Virus record (IMG/VR): IMGVR_UViG_3300016657_000126
Coordinates: 132,898 to 196,897 of that record
DNA from: a virus
Reading direction: 5' to 3' (one strand)
Length of the DNA stretch: 64,000 bases
In this document: piece after piece, positions 62,306-64,000 of the stretch
Layout: every line of letters begins with the position of its first letter
How positions within the stretch are numbered: position 1 is the first letter of the stretch
Position numbers and translations under genes: made by a program
The notes under the pieces: generated by a model
The model's database searches: none
What the model was told of the DNA's origin: nothing
What the model saw: only the letters and a program-made list of their open reading frames with translations

Positions 62306-64000
62306 TCAGTTCGCGAGCTGCAGCGGTTTGTCCTTCAGCGCGAAAGGAAGCGCGGCGATTCCGGCACCCAGACCGAGCTGCCCGATGCCGCGGATGGTCT
62401 TCAGGCGACGTTGACGCTTCAGCAGATCCACGAGCGTTCCGCGCAGGTTTTTCACGCCCTCTTCGCTGCCGGTGAGAATGCGCATGCCGCGTCCGCGGGC
62501 TGCGTCGGCGTTCCCAGTGAGCAGCTCATCGAGAATTTCGCGGGCGGAATTGACGCGACGCACACCGGGCTGCGCGGCGAGGATGTTTCGGTTGCCGTGA
62601 TTCCAAGAGTCGAGGTCGATGTTCTTCAGCACTCCGGCGAGCGCGTTGCGATCAGCGACCGACGCGCCCGGCGCCAGGCGCGACCAGACGCGGTCCTTGC
62701 TCAGCAGGTCGAGCTCTCGGTTTTTGATAGGATTCCACGAGTCGCGCACGACCACCTTGGCCGGAGACGCGAGCGACTCGTAGAGCGAGCTGGTGCCGGT
62801 CGAGGCGTCGATGAGATCTGAGATAGCGGGGAGTCCGACATACTGGCGCTGCGGCAGGCGACCGGAGAAGGGCAGCACGTTCGGATAACGCGCGAGCGCC
62901 TTCGTGATCGGGTTGGCCTTTCCAAGGTCGCCGAGAATGGTGGTGACGAGAACTTCATCCTGCAGTCCGCGGCGCTTGATCTCGCGCGCGAGTTCCAGCG
63001 CGCGCGAAGCGGTGTAGTCGCCGCGACCGCTTCCAAGCACGGAAATGATTTTCTTGTTCCGATAATTCTGAAGCAGCTGTTGCTGACTCGGACTGAAACC
63101 AGGGTTCTTCACCAGCTCGTCTATCATCGCTCCGCGGTTCGCGTGCGTGTCGCGGAGCGCCTGGAGTGCGGCCGGCGCGAAAGTGGGAAAACCCTCCGGC
63201 GCCACGTTGATCGCGCGGTAGCCGGCGCCTCGGGCCTTCGGCGTGAAAGCATGGTCGGGACCGTAACCGATGTAGCTGTCGCGCAGACCCAGCATGCGCG
63301 CGATCGCGCGACCGGGTCCATCGATCTTGGCGCGGAACCCCTCGTGCGGGACGCCAAGTTTGTCCAGATCCGTCATGTATCCGACGTAGCCGCCTAGGCG
63401 AACATGCGGCTTCGCGCTGTCCGGCAGGCGGATGGTCGGAAACCGCTCGTTGATATTCGAGAGTCCGCCGAGATCGTCGAAAGAACCAAAGCCGAGGCCG
63501 GTGTCTACCAACATGTCGAGCTTGCGCCCGAACAGGTGAGGCTCGACTACGCCGTGCCGGTTTCGAACCGCGTTGTGGAGATTGAACTTCGGCACACCGG
63601 GCGCCCCGTCCAGGGATTTCAGCGCTGCGTGCATCGAACGACCCGGCATCATGTGACCGGCACCGTGCGAAGGAACCTCGGTCCAGGTCGTGGCGATGTC
63701 CAGCGGACTGGACATGTTCCAGAGCCCGCGGGCACCGAGCGCCCCGCCTACGCCTACCGCGGCCAAGTCCTCCGGGTCGGACGGATCCATCGAGGCGAAC
63801 TTGAGGCGCGGGTGTGTCTCGCGATTCGCCAGAGCCGACATCGTGGCCGCGAGCCCAGCCGCGCCGAGCCCGACCGAGGCCGCGCCGAGTCCGCGCTGGA
63901 GCTTTCGCATGGGTGACATGAGAGCGTGGACATAGGTCTCGACCGCTCCGCCGCCGTGCATGCCTACACCACCGAGATAGCGTTGCTTGTTCGTCAGGTG
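62306..64000 (-). CDS. Multidomain protein with GT-B (GT28, MurG/UgtP-like) glycosyltransferase domain, 5' truncated
   Basis: Frame open to window end; HGAGHMMPG, VLGSGRG, SDLIDASTGTSSLYESLA match GT28 motif order; domain starts after LKFAS. Confidence 0.7.
   Translation of the reverse strand, partial: HLTNKQRYLGGVGMHGGGAVETYVHALMSPMRKLQRGLGAASVGLGAAGLAATMSALANRETHPRLKFASMDPSDPEDLAAVGVGGALGARGLWNMSSPLDIATTWTEVPSHGAGHMMPGRSMHAALKSLDGAPGVPKFNLHNAVRNRHGVVEPHLFGRKLDMLVDTGLGFGSFDDLGGLSNINERFPTIRLPDSAKPHVRLGGYVGYMTDLDKLGVPHEGFRAKIDGPGRAIARMLGLRDSYIGYGPDHAFTPKARGAGYRAINVAPEGFPTFAPAALQALRDTHANRGAMIDELVKNPGFSPSQQQLLQNYRNKKIISVLGSGRGDYTASRALELAREIKRRGLQDEVLVTTILGDLGKANPITKALARYPNVLPFSGRLPQRQYVGLPAISDLIDASTGTSSLYESLASPAKVVVRDSWNPIKNRELDLLSKDRVWSRLAPGASVADRNALAGVLKNIDLDSWNHGNRNILAAQPGVRRVNSAREILDELLTGNADAARGRGMRILTGSEEGVKNLRGTLVDLLKRQRRLKTIRGIGQLGLGAGIAALPFALKDKPLQLAN

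Overview
A 64-kb, high-GC, almost entirely minus-strand segment of a large tailed-phage (myovirus-type) genome; no host housekeeping genes, tRNA, rRNA or CRISPR array were seen. 1-11.7 kb is a replication/recombination module: a wHTH initiator-like gene missed by the ORF track (with an internal hairpin cluster), DnaB-like helicase, intein-containing SF2 helicase, a solo RAMP/Cas7-like gene, SbcC, SbcD and RNase HI. 11.8-18.4 kb holds the large terminase and a Zn-finger primase-like gene on the + strand. 18-45 kb is a contractile tail/baseplate module: baseplate, Cys-rich fibre-like proteins, tape measure, -1 frameshifted chaperone, spike, tube, sheath and neck, with an embedded sigma factor. 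46-49 kb is a small accessory island (MYG1 nuclease, structured non-coding segments). 49-64 kb is the head module: major capsid, decoration, scaffold, prohead protease and many K-x-A(S/A)-rich probable internal proteins, one with a GT28-like glycosyltransferase domain. The most intriguing signal is the solo RAMP gene preceded by a terminator-ended small-RNA candidate whose segments are complementary to the leader/RBS of the initiator-like gene 5 kb away. All calls come from reading motifs and synteny; no searches were run.
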